Shown here piece after piece: positions 1 to 14,092 of a DNA stretch of 64,000 bases. The notes under the pieces are model-generated. The model made no database searches. It saw nothing but the letters and a program-made list of their open reading frames with translations, and was not told the DNA's origin. How positions within the stretch are numbered: position 1 is the stretch's first letter; each line of letters opens with the position of its first letter. Made by a program: the position numbers and the translations under genes. The DNA comes from Bispira polyomma (lineage: Eukaryota), in assembly GCA_965649765.1 (NCBI GenBank), contig OZ287753.1, positions 77,128,001-77,192,000 on the forward strand. The letters run 5' to 3'.

Positions 1-1965
1 ACACTCTGGTTTCAGACAGTTAATATTTAAAAACTTGCCCATTTACGTATATAAATGCTATGCCTTCGATTCCTATATTTACCATTCTCGTTATTCAATT
101 GTGGTCACCTTAACATATATCATACATGTAAATTTGACATGTAAGATTTTTAAATATGTACACTTATAGGTGAGATTAGATAAGTAGCTAATTAATTCAT
201 TATTTTTAAATAAAACAAAATTCTAGCAGACTAAAAATGTTCATATATATACAATTTAAACCTATAGATATAACACTAGTAAATAGATATATTGTAAGTT
301 TATGTATACATTGCCAAGTACCTGTCCCTCGGTTCTTTAACTAGTACACCTTTGTGTACTTTACCTCTTTTCTGCTTGGGTGAGTCCGTGTCAGATGAAG
401 ATCTCTTGGTGGTTATGCTCACGGGGTTGTCTGACTGCCTCCATCTGTTCTCTTTTTTCAGCATCAACAAAGTAACTATCACTTCTACCTTGGTCTTGTC
501 TTGTGGGTACATAGCCTCGGTTACTATCCTCCATGTTATGTTTTTTGTGGGGATAATCTATAAGGGATCTTCTAAAGAAAGCTTCCATAACAAAAAAACT
601 CAGTTGACATACACAGGCTACTTTGTTGTATTCTCCTAAATTGGCAATAGAAGTGTTCCGACAGAGGAGCATGTGTAGAGCAACCACTTGTGTGGTGAAC
701 TTGTATTCGATCTCACACCATAAACATGTGAATATAGAGTTGTTATTGCTGTACTTAGCAGTGATAGGTTTCAGACCTTAACAAGTTTCACAGTGAGCAC
801 TCTGCTCGTACTATTGCCTGACATATATGGAGATCAGTTAAACCACAATAAAGACAAGTAGATTTCCTTGGTTCAACTGCATATACATCCATGATTGCTT
901 ATTATCTGTAGATCAGTGGTCGTTTAGCTATCAAACTCTGTGGTTTATATAGTGTGGTGTGCTGTTGTAACATGTATAAGCCCTGTATTGTTCTCAAACA
1001 TACTTTTGACGTATCTTTGACGTTACTTGACAAAGATTTCATGATATATCGTATAAAAAGAACCTGTTTGCTTTGGTATATCAATTTGGTTTAAAAAAGG
1101 AAGAAAAGATTAGCTTAATGTTGATATAATTATGTTGACAGATTGAGTCAGTATATCATTCAAGACTCCAGAACTAGATTGATTAGATAGTTACCGTAAT
1201 AACTTCCTGATTAGTAGTTGTTTTTTATTAGCGTTAAACGACTACAAATTAAATCATTTGATGGATAACTGTAATTATTAGTTATAGAGAGAGTGTTCGT
1301 ATGGTTAGTATGAATTAATTATTACACCTATATATTTGTGTTTTGATCAGATATTGCCACTGTTAGATATTATAGATGCGTGAATTTTAATGAATACTGA
1401 ATAACAGTTTTGTAGTATTTCATGAAGATTGTTGACATTGGGTGTGTAGGTTGGTTTGGACTTGAAAATTATAAAGTGTGCTCGACTTCTTTGTGCTTCC
1501 TCACTTTCTTCAAAGCGACAGTATTTTTATAAGATATCAGGTTTTAGGTTGAGGTTAAACTTAATTCAATAGTACAGTTTAGATGTATTTCTCTATTTTT
1601 ATTTTGTGCGTTAGGTTAACTGAATTAGAGGAGAGATTATTTTTGGTTAACAATGGATAAAAGTGTTCAAATGCATTTCTAGGTTGACATAAGTTATGAA
1701 ATTTTGGTTTTGGGTTAGGCTTAACTGTGGGTGATAGTTTATATGGTTTTTTCTTGTTTGGTGTTTGCAAGATAAGGGTTACTTATTTTTAGTTTTTTTT
1801 TTAATAACAAAATACAGTGGCAATATTTCAACATAACATTTCTTAAAGTTAAGTTACACACTTGATTATCCTCATTTATAAGTAGGTAGCATATATTATT
1901 ATAGGTTAACATTAATGGTTTTGCTAAAACTAAACAAACATTACAAAGAAGTATAATACATTGAG

Positions 1966-4900
1966 TCAAATATAACTATATAATGTTATAAAGAGATCTA
2001 TATGTTTCATTAAAATTCCAAGTTTACCATGTTGGGTATATACTCTAATGTCTAAGCTTAATCTATACTTTAATAAATACAAGAACTTTTGAAAAGGCAA
2101 ATCTTTATCAATTTTCTTACGCTTACTAATATAATATTTTCCACTCAATATAACATAATTAATAACATAAAAATATTTTCTTTCAATAGTGGGTTTACCA
2201 AACAGAACATCAAGAACAGCATGTCTTACAGTAAATGGTACAAGGTTACTTAGCCATATATCTACCTGATTCCAAAAGTACTTTGCGTCTAAGCAATAAT
2301 AAAAATAATGCTCTAGGTTATCTGCATGGTTACAAATATTACAGTTTGGTGAATCTTTAATTTTCCATAGATGCAGTTTATAATTACATGCATATACACG
2401 GTGTAAAATTTTATACTGTGTGCCTAATAAGTACGGATCTAAAATTATTTTATGAGGAAGCACATACACATCTTTCCAATCAATTGATTCTAAAAAGGGA
2501 TAATATTCAACCCATTTGTTTTGACTGGGTGGGGTTGTATATAACCTGATAGCCAAGAACTTGTTTACTTCAGAAGATTTAACATTGGATATGTCTGATA
2601 AGCATTTCTTGGGAGTAGTATTTGAAAATATTAAAGAACTCTTTTTTTTAGTCTTCGATAGCTTACGAAACATATCAGATAAACAGCTTATAATTTTATT
2701 GTATTTCAAATGTGGAATAACAATATTGTATATATCTTCTAGTTCTGTTTTATTCTTAAAAGTTTTTAAATCCGTAGTTGAAATATCTCTCACATAAGTA
2801 ATACCCGCCGCTTCCCAGTCACGATATTCAGTTTCTATAGGCTTATTATCAATTAAGAGTAAAGGATTATAAAAAAGACTTTCTTCTAGCAAGTCATCTA
2901 GACTTTCAATGTCGCTTAGAATAAAATCAAACCATATTCTTAACAAATCAGAATAAAAATGGGACTTAACACTCTTTTGAATATTTACAAATAATTGTTT
3001 TTTAAGAATTTCTGATTTGGCTAGTCCCATAAGGTTTTCTGCTAAAACCTTCCTTTTAACTTCAATACTGTTATTCAGTCTCTCGATCCACATAATTTTT
3101 GCAGAGTATATAATGTTCTTTGTCGTTATCATTGATAAACCTCCAAGTTCTGGAGGTTGTATTAACATTTGTTTGGAAATTAAATGTTTTTTCCCGCTCC
3201 AAAGAAAGTTGAAGAACATAGAATCTAAATCTGCCAGAAGTTTCTGACTGAATGGCAATACATATGCCAGTTGCAAGAGGTGTGGAATCAGTAAAGATTT
3301 GATAACTGTGATTTTGCCTTTTGCAGTTAGTGTCCTGGCTTGCCAGGATTTAAGAATGGCTTTAATAATACGAAAGTTTTCTCTTATATTTAGATTTACC
3401 ATTTCCACTGGATCTACAGAAAACCAAGAGCCAAGTGTCTTAAATGGTTTGCTTAGCCAATTTATACCAATGCTTTCATCTTTGGTAATTGAAGTACCAC
3501 AGTTTATTATAAATGCTTCTGTCTTACTCTTATTAAGCTTCAAGCCAGTGTAGCGATAAAATTCTTCAAAAATTTTTATAGCAAATTTTACTGATGTAGT
3601 AGATGAAAGAAAAAGTATCATGTCGTCAGCTAGCTGACATAATTTTATATGTGTCATTAACATTTATGCCATTAACATTTTCTGAGTCACGCAAAATTAT
3701 GGCAACTATATCAGCTACTAATAGAAATAGTAAAGCACTGATTGGGCAACCTTGCCGGATTCCTCCGGAAAGTTCAAAATATGAAGATAGATAACCATTA
3801 TTCATAACACAACTTTCTGTGTCCTTGTATGAGATACCCACCCATTTTTGAAAATTAGGGCCAAACCCATAATATTTCAGAATTGACTTCAAAAATTTCC
3901 ACTTTACTGTGTCAAATGCTTTTTCAAAATCAGTAAGAAATATAACTCCAGGAATATCTAGTACTCTACAATAGTCAATAATATCTGCTATTAATCTGAC
4001 ATTTTCACCACAGTATCTACCTTCCATGTACCCCACTTGATCAGGATTAATAGTTTCCTTTAATGATAATTTTAGTCTATTACCTAATACTTTCGCTAAT
4101 ATCTTATAGTCAGTATTTAGAATCGATAAGGGTCTCCAAGATTTTAGACATGTCATATCTTTACCCTTTTTAGGTACAAGTTTTATTACACCTTGCCTCT
4201 GGCTTCTCGAAAGTAATCTACTATTAAATGCAAGATTGAAGCTTTCAAAAACATGGGTACTAATTTCAGGCCAAATTTTTTTATAAAATTTGCCTGGAAT
4301 GCCATCTGGTCCAGGAGTTTTATTATTAGCTAAACTGCTTATTTCCTTATCACATATATCTTTAGTACTATCACAAATTTGTGGTATACTTATTCCGTCT
4401 AAATAAGTATTTAGTGCATCATCATACATAGTGTCCTGTACTGAATCGTCAGAATACAGTTTAGAGAGGTAAAGTCTTTGTATGTCTAGTATATCATCTG
4501 ATTTTGTAAGTCGTTTACCATTATGCACTAATGACCGAATATGCTTGTTATTATAATTACTTTTTTCAAGATTTACGAAGAACTTCTCATATTCATCTAT
4601 TAATTTGCATCTTGACCTAACAATGACCCCACCAGCTTTTTCATTATAGAAACTTTCTAGCTGATCCTTGATGAGATTATACTCTTCAATATAGTCTAAT
4701 GATGGAGTAGTACACACTATTTCTTCGAGCTCAATCAGCCTATTATTTAGGTGGTGTACATGTGATTGCTCTTTTTTATGTTTCCTAATAGAAAAGGTAA
4801 TTGACTCTGTTCTTATAATACATTTAATGATGTCCCAAATTAAAGTGCAGTCATTTAGATTGATTGAGTCTTTTACTGTATCAATAATTACTTTCTTCAT

Positions 4901-5681
4901 ATGCGATATATAATTTACATCTGTTAACAGACTAGTATTAAGTTTCCACAGCCCCTTACCTCTCTTTTGTTCTCCCTCTAAAAACAAACAAATTTGTAAT
5001 AGGCTGTGGTCTGACCTAATACTGGGAAGAATATTGATGGTATTGACATAGAACTCTAGACCAGTAGAAATAAGAAAATAATCTATTCTAGATTGGTTTA
5101 CACCATAACGTGTTTTTTCCTGTCTTGTATATCTAATTGCATCTGGATGCTTTATTTTCCATATATCGACAATATGTAAAAGCTCTAATAACTCTAAAAG
5201 TTTTTTGCCATATCCAGGATTTTTTCTGGGACCATGATTCTGGTTTAAATAATCTAAATTTATGTTTAGGTCACCCGCAATGACTATGTTTTCTCCTACG
5301 TATTGTTGGAGCATATCTGTAACATATTCTGCAAATACCAGTTGATCGTGCATTTTATCTATAGTAGGAGCATAAAGATTCACCAAAATATATCTTTTTT
5401 CTGCAAAGGTACAATCAAGTAATACAAATCTACCATTGGTATCATGTTTTATATCACATATTAGAATATCAAGACCTCTGGAAATTAGACAAGCCATGTG
5501 AAAATATTACTTCACCATTCCACTGACTTTTCCATTCACTTTCACATTCAAGTACTGAATGAGACTCTTGTATGAAATAAACTCCTGTACCTTTACCCTT
5601 TAGCCACTGAAAGACTGCCTCTCTCTTTTGTCTGTTTCTCAACCCTCTAACATTCAAGCAAAATAAATTAAGACTTTCCAT
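1966..5681 (-). pseudogene. LINE ORF2: apurinic endonuclease + reverse transcriptase + C-terminal CCHC finger, two frameshifts (~5480, ~3640)
   Basis: APE motifs LNVRGL, FIQESH, NLYAP, AGDLN, SRIDYF, SDH; RT motifs PGPDG, WRPLSILNTDYKILAK, DFEKAFD, GIRQGCP, QLADD; CNIC..EH..YYC. Split over ORFs 5469-5681, 3626-5497 and 1966-3663. Confidence 0.95.
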
Positions 5682-6209
5682 TTTAAAGCTTTAGCAAACA
5701 ATATTGTTAACTCGCTAGTAAATAAAATACTACACTTTCATGAAAAAAAAATAATAATAATAATATAAACCACACCATCGCTATGGGTAAAATAAAGACA
5801 ATATTGATAATCAAGAAAGACGTGAAATATTTATATTTGCCACAGCTAATTGTAAAAACAAAAAAAGATGGATTAACAAAGCAGAACATCCTGTTTGAGA
5901 AAAAAAAAAGGTGCTGTGCTTTGGAGAAATTATAATTCATTTTGATACCACATTAAATACCGAATTATTTCGATATTCAGTACCATTGAATAATACTGAA
6001 AAGGACCAAAATAGAAAGAGGTAGATTTATTTACTAATATTTTAACCCATTCATATAATTTAAGAAGTCAAGTTTCAAAGAACTGAAATCTCAGCTGTAA
6101 ATCTGAGTTGGTTGTAGGACCATGTAAAGAACTTATGTGTGTATCATATATGCCACATAAAATATAAGTATTTAATTTACACTTATTTACTTTTTATAAT
6201 TATCAACCC

Positions 6210-6250
<41 letters not shown>

Positions 6251-6703
6251 CATCATGACAATTATCAAAATTAACAAAAGCTAAAGTGTATATGTAATTG
6301 TACAGTACTTACTTTTACTTTGAAAACTTAGCATTTACTGCTTTGAAGCCTTTGTGATTTTTTTTTGTTAACCAATTGATGCCCAGGAGAATATTTGTTT
6401 CAACACAATTATAAAAGAAAAAGCTAACAGAAACAGAATAAAGTGGACAAACATCTACTTCTGGTTTACAGAATATGGGATATCATTTGTGAACAAGAAC
6501 TATTTGATGTACCAGATAATAAACATTGGATATAGGTGCAATGCTTTATTTTTTCAAGTGGTTTTCTCGGGGGGTGGGGGGGGGTGGGGGGGAACCCTTT
6601 ACCATATATGTGTTACAATAGTTAAAGTTTTTTATAGCATTTCAGTTCATTCATACAAAAAGAACAAAGTTTTTCATAATGTTTAAGCACAATTGTAAAG
6701 AAA

Positions 6704-6975
6704 TTATAGAGTTTCTCGTATTTCAGCAATAATTTTACCAAGCATGTTTCTACCACTCCATTTTTCAGGATTCCAGATATTGTCATCAGTAAGAGAGATC
6801 CCAGCACCCCAGTATTTATCGCTGGGATTCGCTTCGATTAAGGTCTTGTTTCCTGTATTCTTGAGGTATGTTGCCAACTCAGGATTTTGAGTGAACTTAG
6901 CCTGGATACCTGCTTTCATTATAGAATCACACTCCCTTTTCCATGTATCAACCTTGTAGTTTCTTACTTTCCTAT
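6704..6975 (-). pseudogene. C-terminal half of a NADAR (YbiA-like) domain, probably the end of the LINE ORF1
   Basis: Frame reads RKVRNYKVDTWKRECDSIMKAGIQAKFTQNPELATYLKNTGNKTLIEANPSDKYWGAG...WSGRNMLGKIIAEIR, containing the NADAR motifs AKFxQN, LIEAxPxDxYWG and GxNxLG. Same strand as ORF2 and ~1 kb upstream of it. Confidence 0.88.
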
Positions 6976-8540
6976 CCTGTTTCTCTTATGATTCTGTCCA
7001 TTCCTCAGTTTAGGTATTCTGTTGTTTTAACATAAGTAAAAGGTGATTTCTTGATTTGATAGGCTGTGTGTTGTTTCGTTTCTCAGTTTAAAGTTAGTAG
7101 TTAGATTAGGTAGTAATAATATTTTATTAATTAGCTTCTTTCTATGAAAGATTGTTGTTTATTGGTTCGTTTTAGTTTAAAAGTAGATCAGAATAATGTA
7201 TGATATTTTCTAAGTATGAGTGTACTGTCTCGATACATGTTGGTGCTTGGGTTGTTTGGTGAATGACTATTTATAAACTAAGTTTTTATCAAGCATATTT
7301 AAGGACAGACTGCTTTGTTAACAGAATATATGTAATGAGTAAATATCCAATAATTTTAAAGGTTGGATTGCTTTGATGTTGGCTATTAGCTTGTTACATT
7401 ATATTCTGGTATTCAGTTCTCTTTGAAGTTTACCATTCCTTTCACTTGTCTAGGTGTCGGGTTCTGATGTTTTGTTAACAATATTATCATTATGGATCTT
7501 ATTTCTTACTGTATATGTTTTGTGATATGATTATTGATTAATTAGATGACTCAATACCAAATATTCAAGATTCTTTAATTGTTGTATACATTACAGGTTT
7601 GTTAGTTATATTTATAAATGTATAATTACCATATATATTTATTTTGGGGCTTACGAAATACATAAAAAATAGGTAATGATTCCCTTTTTATATTGATCAA
7701 ATGGTATGTTTGTTGCTGTTAGTTGGTGATTACATGTATTATTCCTCATAATGTCTGCCTGTAATAATAACACGGAGCAAATGGTTGTTGTTAATTCCAA
7801 GAAAAAAAGGGTAAACAACCTGGGTTACCTAAACTTATAGTTAAATTAGGTAAACCTGATGGTGCAACTACACCGTCAGATGATTCTGGTGTCTGTAAAA
7901 AAAAATTCTCAAATGTTACCAGTTAAAAAACCTGTCACTTCACATGCTGTAATGAATGATAGTTCAGTGGTTGAGGCTGTGGTAAGTGAGGTCCTCCTAC
8001 AGAGAAGACTGTCAATTGTAATGATGTTGATGCGAGTGCAGATGACTTTTTAGATGGTAAACTTGTTAACAGCAAACTGAAGGCTGTCTTAAATAAAGAA
8101 TTTTGTTTAGATCAGTCAAGATTCCTACGCGTGCATTGATTAAAGTCTAATGTGTGGATTCATATTTATCCAAAAGACGCCAATGGTTTGGTTGAAAATT
8201 TTATCAATCTAAGTATGAAAGCTTTCAATGTTTTGATTTATAATTTAAAAATGGTCAAACAGCAGCTGTGTCTAAAGGGCCTTGCTAACCGGCTCCGGTG
8301 CGGTACGGTCCGAACATTTATGTACGACACGATCCGACGATGTCAGATGGTGCTTTTACACTGGATCCGGTACTGCAACTGATTATGTGCTAGAAAAGTA
8401 TGACATGCTCACCTTTTTGGATATATAAAAGTTATTTTACCTTTTTGCATCCTTGTTGAAAGAAGCAGGAAGTTTCAGTTGTTTACAGTTTTTAATTACT
8501 AACACTCGATAATCTCTCATTATTTTAGCCGGATATTACA

Positions 8541-10252
8541 ATGGGAAACACTAATGAGGTAAGTTTCTCCAATTTTTTTAAATCTATCACTATTAATTAA
8601 ATACTTCTAAAATACTGCAAATGGATTATATGTAATAGGTTGATAGACTAGATGTATTTTGCACAGTAATTAATTTAGTCAAGTTAGTAAAACTATTTAT
8701 TATACTAATAGTCACTTAGTATTTTATTCTCAATTGTGATGAACTTGTATATATTTTATCATTTTCATATGCATGTACTCTATGTTTTAAATGTTGGAAT
8801 AAACTATATCTATCTATCTCCCCATCTATCTCTCACTTATAGATGTGTATTTCTACTATATTTCTAAGATTGCAGCCTTAGTTTCAAAGGACCGTTATAA
8901 TTCCAGTCCATGAAGTAATACTGAATAAACAATATTTTCCAGTGTATTTGATAATATTGTATCTGTAAAGTTAATAAAGGATCAAAATTTAATAAATTCC
9001 TATTATAACACAGAATGAAAATCATGATACAGAAGAAGACCTACTATTGTTGCTGCTGCTTCAGAGACGACAGAAACTGAGAAAAAGGAAATGGGGCCAT
9101 GAAATTAACCAGAGAAGACAGGAACTGGGTGAATATCATCGCCTCATTCAAGGGTTGAGGCAGGATCCAGAAAGGTTTTTTACTTATTTTCGGATGTCCT
9201 GTGCTCAGTTTGATACACTGACCCAAATTATAAGCCCCCATATCAAGAAACTTAACACAAATTATAGGCGTGCCATCACAGTGGAAGAAAGGCTGGCTGT
9301 TTGCTTGAGGTTCCATGCCACAGGAGATTCATTCACTACTATTGCTTTCAGCTTTAGAATGAGGATAACAACTGTGGGGCAAATTGTAGATGAGACATGT
9401 GAGGTACTTTGGGATGCTCTAGTAGAAGAATACATGCCTAAACCAACAACTGCAATGTGGAGTGCCATTTCAAGCAAGTTTTTTGATCTTTGGAATTTTC
9501 CGAATTGTATTGGAGCCATCGATGGGAAGCATGTTGTGATACAAGCTCCACCAAATTCAGGCTCAATGTTCTTCAATTACAAAGGGACATTTTCCATTGT
9601 GCTTATGGCATTGGTTGATGCAGAGTATGCCTTCATAGCGGTTGACATTGGTAGCTATGGCAGTAACAGTGATGGCGGTATTTTTCGTGATTCCCAAATG
9701 GGAAAAGGTCTCGAACAGGGTATATTGAATGTCCCCTCTACAAAAGTCATTCAAGATGCTCCAGAATGGGGACTGCTTCCTCATGTGGTTGTAGGAGATC
9801 CTGCCTTTCCACTGAAACCGTATCTAATGAGACCTTTTCCAGGTAAACAGCTTAAGGATGATCAGCTTGTATTCAATTATCGACTATCCAGAGCCAGGAG
9901 AGTATCGGAAAATGCTTTTGGGATCCTAACCAAACGATGGAGAGTCTTTCAGAGAAGGTAAAATGTGAGTGTTGAAAGGGCTGAAAGAGTTGTCAAAGCC
10001 ACATGCATTTTGCATAATTTTCTACAGAAAGATGGTGCCTCCCACCCTGGTGAAAGATGTGCTGATGATCTGCCCAGTAATGACAATACAGGTGCTGGAC
10101 TGACAGACATACCAGCTAGTATGTTAAGTGGTAACCGAACCAAACAGGAGGCCAAAAAAATTAGAGAAACTTTCAAAGATTATTTTAGTTCAGATGCTGG
10201 AAAAGTTAGTTGGCAGGACACCGCCATTCAACGAGGACAGATACCTGAATGA
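8541..10252 (+). pseudogene. Harbinger DDE transposase (HARBI1-like); exon 8541-8558, exon 9014-10252; one in-frame stop at 9959-9961
   Basis: FRMS..F..L, IGAIDGKH, VVGDPAFPL, FNYRLSRARRVSENAFG, ATCILHNF. ORFs 9047-9961 and 9965-10252 share a frame; the GT..AG intron is in phase. Confidence 0.93.
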
Positions 10253-10533
10253 ACATTACAATGCTGTGTTTGTGCTACAACAAATATATTTTTATGTCAT
10301 GGTATATATGTATGTGGTAATTGTAACAAATAAAGTGATAACCATATGATACACATACATTTTATTGCATTGAATATGCAATGAGATAATTATTGTTTCG
10401 TAAATCTCATATAGAGCAAAATACAGACCATGAAAAGGTATATAAAAAGTATAGCAAATAAAGTATAACCAATTTATTCAAAGAGTAATAAAAGTTTATC
10501 TACAAATTTTCATAGGCATAACTGCCATGGCTT

Positions 10534-12077
10534 TCAATGTTCTGCATCTGCTGCAGAAAATCTGTTAGGATTAGTCTGCAAATTTTGGGACGCATTATAA
10601 TTTGTTGCAGGGATTTGTTGATTACTTGGTCCCTGCATCCCTGCATGGCTTGCAGTTGGTGTATGGTACACCTGAGGAAATGCTGTGTCGTACACAAGCG
10701 GCTGAATTTTTATTCTCAGCCCTGCTCGTGTGCGCTCATCTAAGCCTTGCATAGTTGGCATGAGGCTCAGGAATAAGTGCATGTCAGGATTGTCTTTGTA
10801 GGGGTTCTCCTGTACTGGTGCAGCCTCCCTTTTGTTCTCGAGATATGTTATAATTTTCTGACTCAGGGGGTCCACATCTTTGGACTTTCTTCTCCTCTTT
10901 CCTATTGGGGTGTCACCTAGTTGAGGAGTGCTTGAGCGTGACAGTGGCCTACTGGTGGCTGCAGTCTGTTTAGGAGTGGTGATGTCATCATCCTCGTACA
11001 TGACAGACTCCATGTCACTGTCATGCCCCTCCTGTGACTCGGGCAAAGACAGACTCTCAATCCTGTCGCAATCAAAGTTGGAGCTTGTTCTAAAATTGAA
11101 AGATAAAATTTCCTTTATAATCGTACAAAAATATTACTGCAGAAACACTAAAAATTTCTTTTAAACACAGAAGATGTATGTAATTACAATACATATGTAT
11201 CACAGTGACGTCATTGCCCCTAATCAGCACATGTATGGGGGGGGGGGGGGTTTGCTCACTCTATACTACTACTCTCTTGTAAGCCACACATGGGTATTAC
11301 TTGTAAATCACCAGCTGTAAGATTGTCAAAAAGATATTCTTTGTATCTATACTTACATCTTGCCTGTGGTATGCCTCTGTAGAAAGGCCATTTCCTTCAC
11401 AAACCTCCAAGGCTTCTTTTTTTCGGCTGCCTGTCCACTGACGGTTACTTCACTCTTTTGATTCCTGCGATAGGTATCGCGCAACTGACGCCACCCCCAC
11501 TTTGCAACTTTCACTGAGAGACAAGTAAAAGACATAATTCAGATTTTAGCTATGACACAGCTGAAAATGCAACACTTTTAGAATCAGCTTACCCATTATT
11601 ACATGATTTTTTTTTTATTTTGAGGTTACTACTGCTCACATTTTTGCAAAGTTCAAACAAAAATGTTTATATTCCCTGATCCAGTAATTCTAATAATTCT
11701 GATAATTAAAATCAACCTCTGTTAATATTTTAGCAATATTACCAGCATATATTTCTAGTAATTCTAATTATTTAATAATTAAAATCCCCTCTTAAAATAT
11801 TTTAGCAAAATTTCTACCCTGAAGTCTCTCTATATTGCCGGCTAAAAAAAATGACATTATTTGTAATGAGAAACAGTATCAAGCTGACCTACGCTAATTA
11901 TAGTAAATAAAAACAATATAATTACATACCTTGTACATCCAAAGTTGTTGAAATTTGTTTCCAAGCATTCTCCCGTGCATCTCTATTAGAGTAATCTCTA
12001 CAGGCCTTGTCAAAAAGACAAGGATACCTCTCTACTTGAAGAATTAAATCTTCTTTTTTTTTATCTGGAAACTCCAT
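10534..12077 (-). CDS. Harbinger accessory DNA-binding protein, MADF (Myb/SANT-like) + BESS, three exons (~12077-11930, ~11513-11357, ~11089-10534)
   Basis: Exon 1 MEFPDKKKEDLILQVERYPCLFDKACRDYSNRDARENAWKQIS; exon 2 WRQLRDTYRR...PWRFVKEMAFL; exon 3 ends with BESS-like PDMHLFLSLMPTMQGLDERTRAGLRIKI. Canonical splice sites. Confidence 0.85.
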
Positions 12078-14092
12078 GGCTTTTTTTGAATCTTTTTTTC
12101 GGAGATGCGCATGTGCAGTATACTACTCCCACTCCCCCCCCCCCCCCCCCCCCCCCCCCCATACGATCCGACAAAAATTAGAGAAATTTCTATTTTAGAA
12201 ATTTCCTTGCGGATTTTACGGATCGGATCGGACCGCAACGGATCAGGTATGTATAGACAATATATATTTCATTGTTTCTAAAATTTCCGTCGGATCGTAC
12301 CGTACCGCACCGGAGCCGGTTAGCAATGGCCTATATGTACAATGATTGTGAGGTTAACTACCTACAACATTTGGGTAATACGATCTTTGTGACCATGACT
12401 AACCTAAAGAGGCTTGACCTTAAAGTATATAAATCTCTGTGCTCTAGGATAGCCTACAGTCGTATTTGTGATGCCTTGCCAACAGTGACAAAGAAGATTC
12501 CTTGTTTACAAAGTAAATGTCATTTAGATCTGCTAGAAAAATTTGTATGTGGTGAATGTCTACCCAGTGATGACACCATACTCGGGCTTGCTGTTGTACC
12601 AGTTATAGACATCTAAGATTATATTCTCTCAACGACACTATTCTTTAATTTAAAGTATATGTAATTATAAATCTTTTTTGTCATTTTTAGCTCTTCTTTA
12701 TTTTGTGATGTATTTTAGCAAAGATTTTTATATTTTTGTGATGTGCTGTATAACAATGATTATGTGTTGCTCTTTTTAATTGTTTTGTTGTTGTTAATAG
12801 TACTACTTCTCTGTGTAAGTAAAAGTTTGTTTCTTTGTATTCGCGAGTTGTTCTTTGTGTTAAAAAAATTAACAACAGTTTAAAAATTGAAAAAAAAAAT
12901 TGATTTTGTCGGCCATTTTGAATCCACTATACTGTTTTTAGCCACAATAATTTTAGATGAGATATAGACTGATTGTAGAGAGACGCATAATACTACTGTC
13001 AGTCCACAGAATTTACAAGTTCAGCAAGGTTGTACAACAGATATTGGTCTAAATGCCATTTTTAAATTGAGGTAAGCTTGTCTGTTGCTGATTCTTCAAT
13101 GGATTTGTGAGGATCAGTTATGAGTAGAGCTTTAAATATGGCAACAAGGGACACAAATGCAGAGGACAAAGGAATGTTTAGACTTGTAAAGAGGAATAAA
13201 TTCTAACTCCTATACCGTTTTTTTTACAGCTACTGTCACCAATATTTGTTGCACAATTTTTTTTTTTCCATTACTTAAACAATTAGTGAACATTAAATTT
13301 GATTGACAGTTATATTTGGGTATTGAGTGAATATATATGATTAAGTCAAAATTTGTTATCAGTGTAGACCTATTAGAATTACTCAGGACTAGGGAAATTA
13401 AAAAAAATTATTCTTCTAATCCCATTTCAGTGTCTCAACTCATGACAACTAGAAGCAAAGGTAAAGAAAACATGGATAAAGAGAATTTGTATATATAGAC
13501 AAACACTCTGAAGAAGGCTGAACTAGTCTTAGATATTGAGATAATTTTTAATGATGATTTTGATTTGGTGGATATTTTACCAAAAGATGATGACAATGAA
13601 GAAGATGATAATGGTTTATTTGCTTTGCTAATTTTTCCAATATTTATGATGATTTTTGGGGCCTATTTTGGTCTTAATTAAGATTAAATTTAGGCAAGCT
13701 TTTACCCTTTGTTTGAAGGGGCAAATACCGAAGTTAAACAGAAGATAAATGTGGAGAATGTAGAAACTGAGGAAGAGAAAGAGGAATTGGAAAAGGAAGA
13801 AGAAGAGGAAGGAGGTGAACTTTTAGTAGAAGTTGCTCTGGATCAGAGAATGAGAATGAATGTTCAAGTAGCTATTAAAATGACTAATGATGATACTTAT
13901 GATGAAATAGGGAAAACTAGATCCGGTAAAGAGTATCAGACTTTAAAACGATTGTTACATATCATTCTATATGATTCTGATTCATAAAAAAAGACATTCA
14001 GTATCTTATTTTTCTATTATAATAGAACTTCTTTCTTTTTTTTCTTGAAAATTATTCATGTACACTCCTGATGAATGCTATCTGGTTTTTCA

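Larger units (their letters stand above)
1793..6975 (-). mobile_element. 5'-truncated L1/Tx1-clade non-LTR retrotransposon
   Basis: ORF2 with APE, RT and CCHC domains (1966-5681); ATTAAA plus a short poly(A) on the minus strand ending near 1793; ~1 kb T-rich spacer, then an upstream NADAR-coding fragment that breaks off near 6975. No clear TSD seen. Confidence 0.85.
8276..12332. mobile_element. PIF/Harbinger DNA transposon
   Basis: 33-bp TIRs AGGGCCTTGCTAACCGGCTCCGGTGCGGTACGG vs AGGCCATTGCTAACCGGCTCCGGTGCGGTACGG (2 mismatches); imperfect 3-bp TSD TAA/ATA; convergent transposase and MADF genes. Confidence 0.93.
8030..12616 (+). pseudogene. Tandem PC4-like (ssDNA-binding fold) gene of the older element, split by the Harbinger (parts ~8030-8275 and 12336-12616)
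   Basis: Removing 8276-12332 plus one 3-bp TSD rejoins FINLSMKAFNVL...QQLCL with MYNDCEVNYLQHLGNTIFVT in frame. It aligns by eye to ORF 38679 (ITLP..Y..L...VEYRKHLQDNVYAYV) and shares its C-terminal C..H..CxxC-x-P motif. Confidence 0.65.

Noticed and set aside
300-1084. Cys-rich zinc-finger-like relic (TCLYC, HCETC, TCLWC..H...C) on the minus strand
   Set aside because: Too fragmented to assign; probably an old accessory gene, but not supportable as a feature.
13709-13987. Acidic Glu-rich ORF on the plus strand
   Set aside because: Non-ATG start and low complexity; more likely the antisense of a decayed minus-strand gene.
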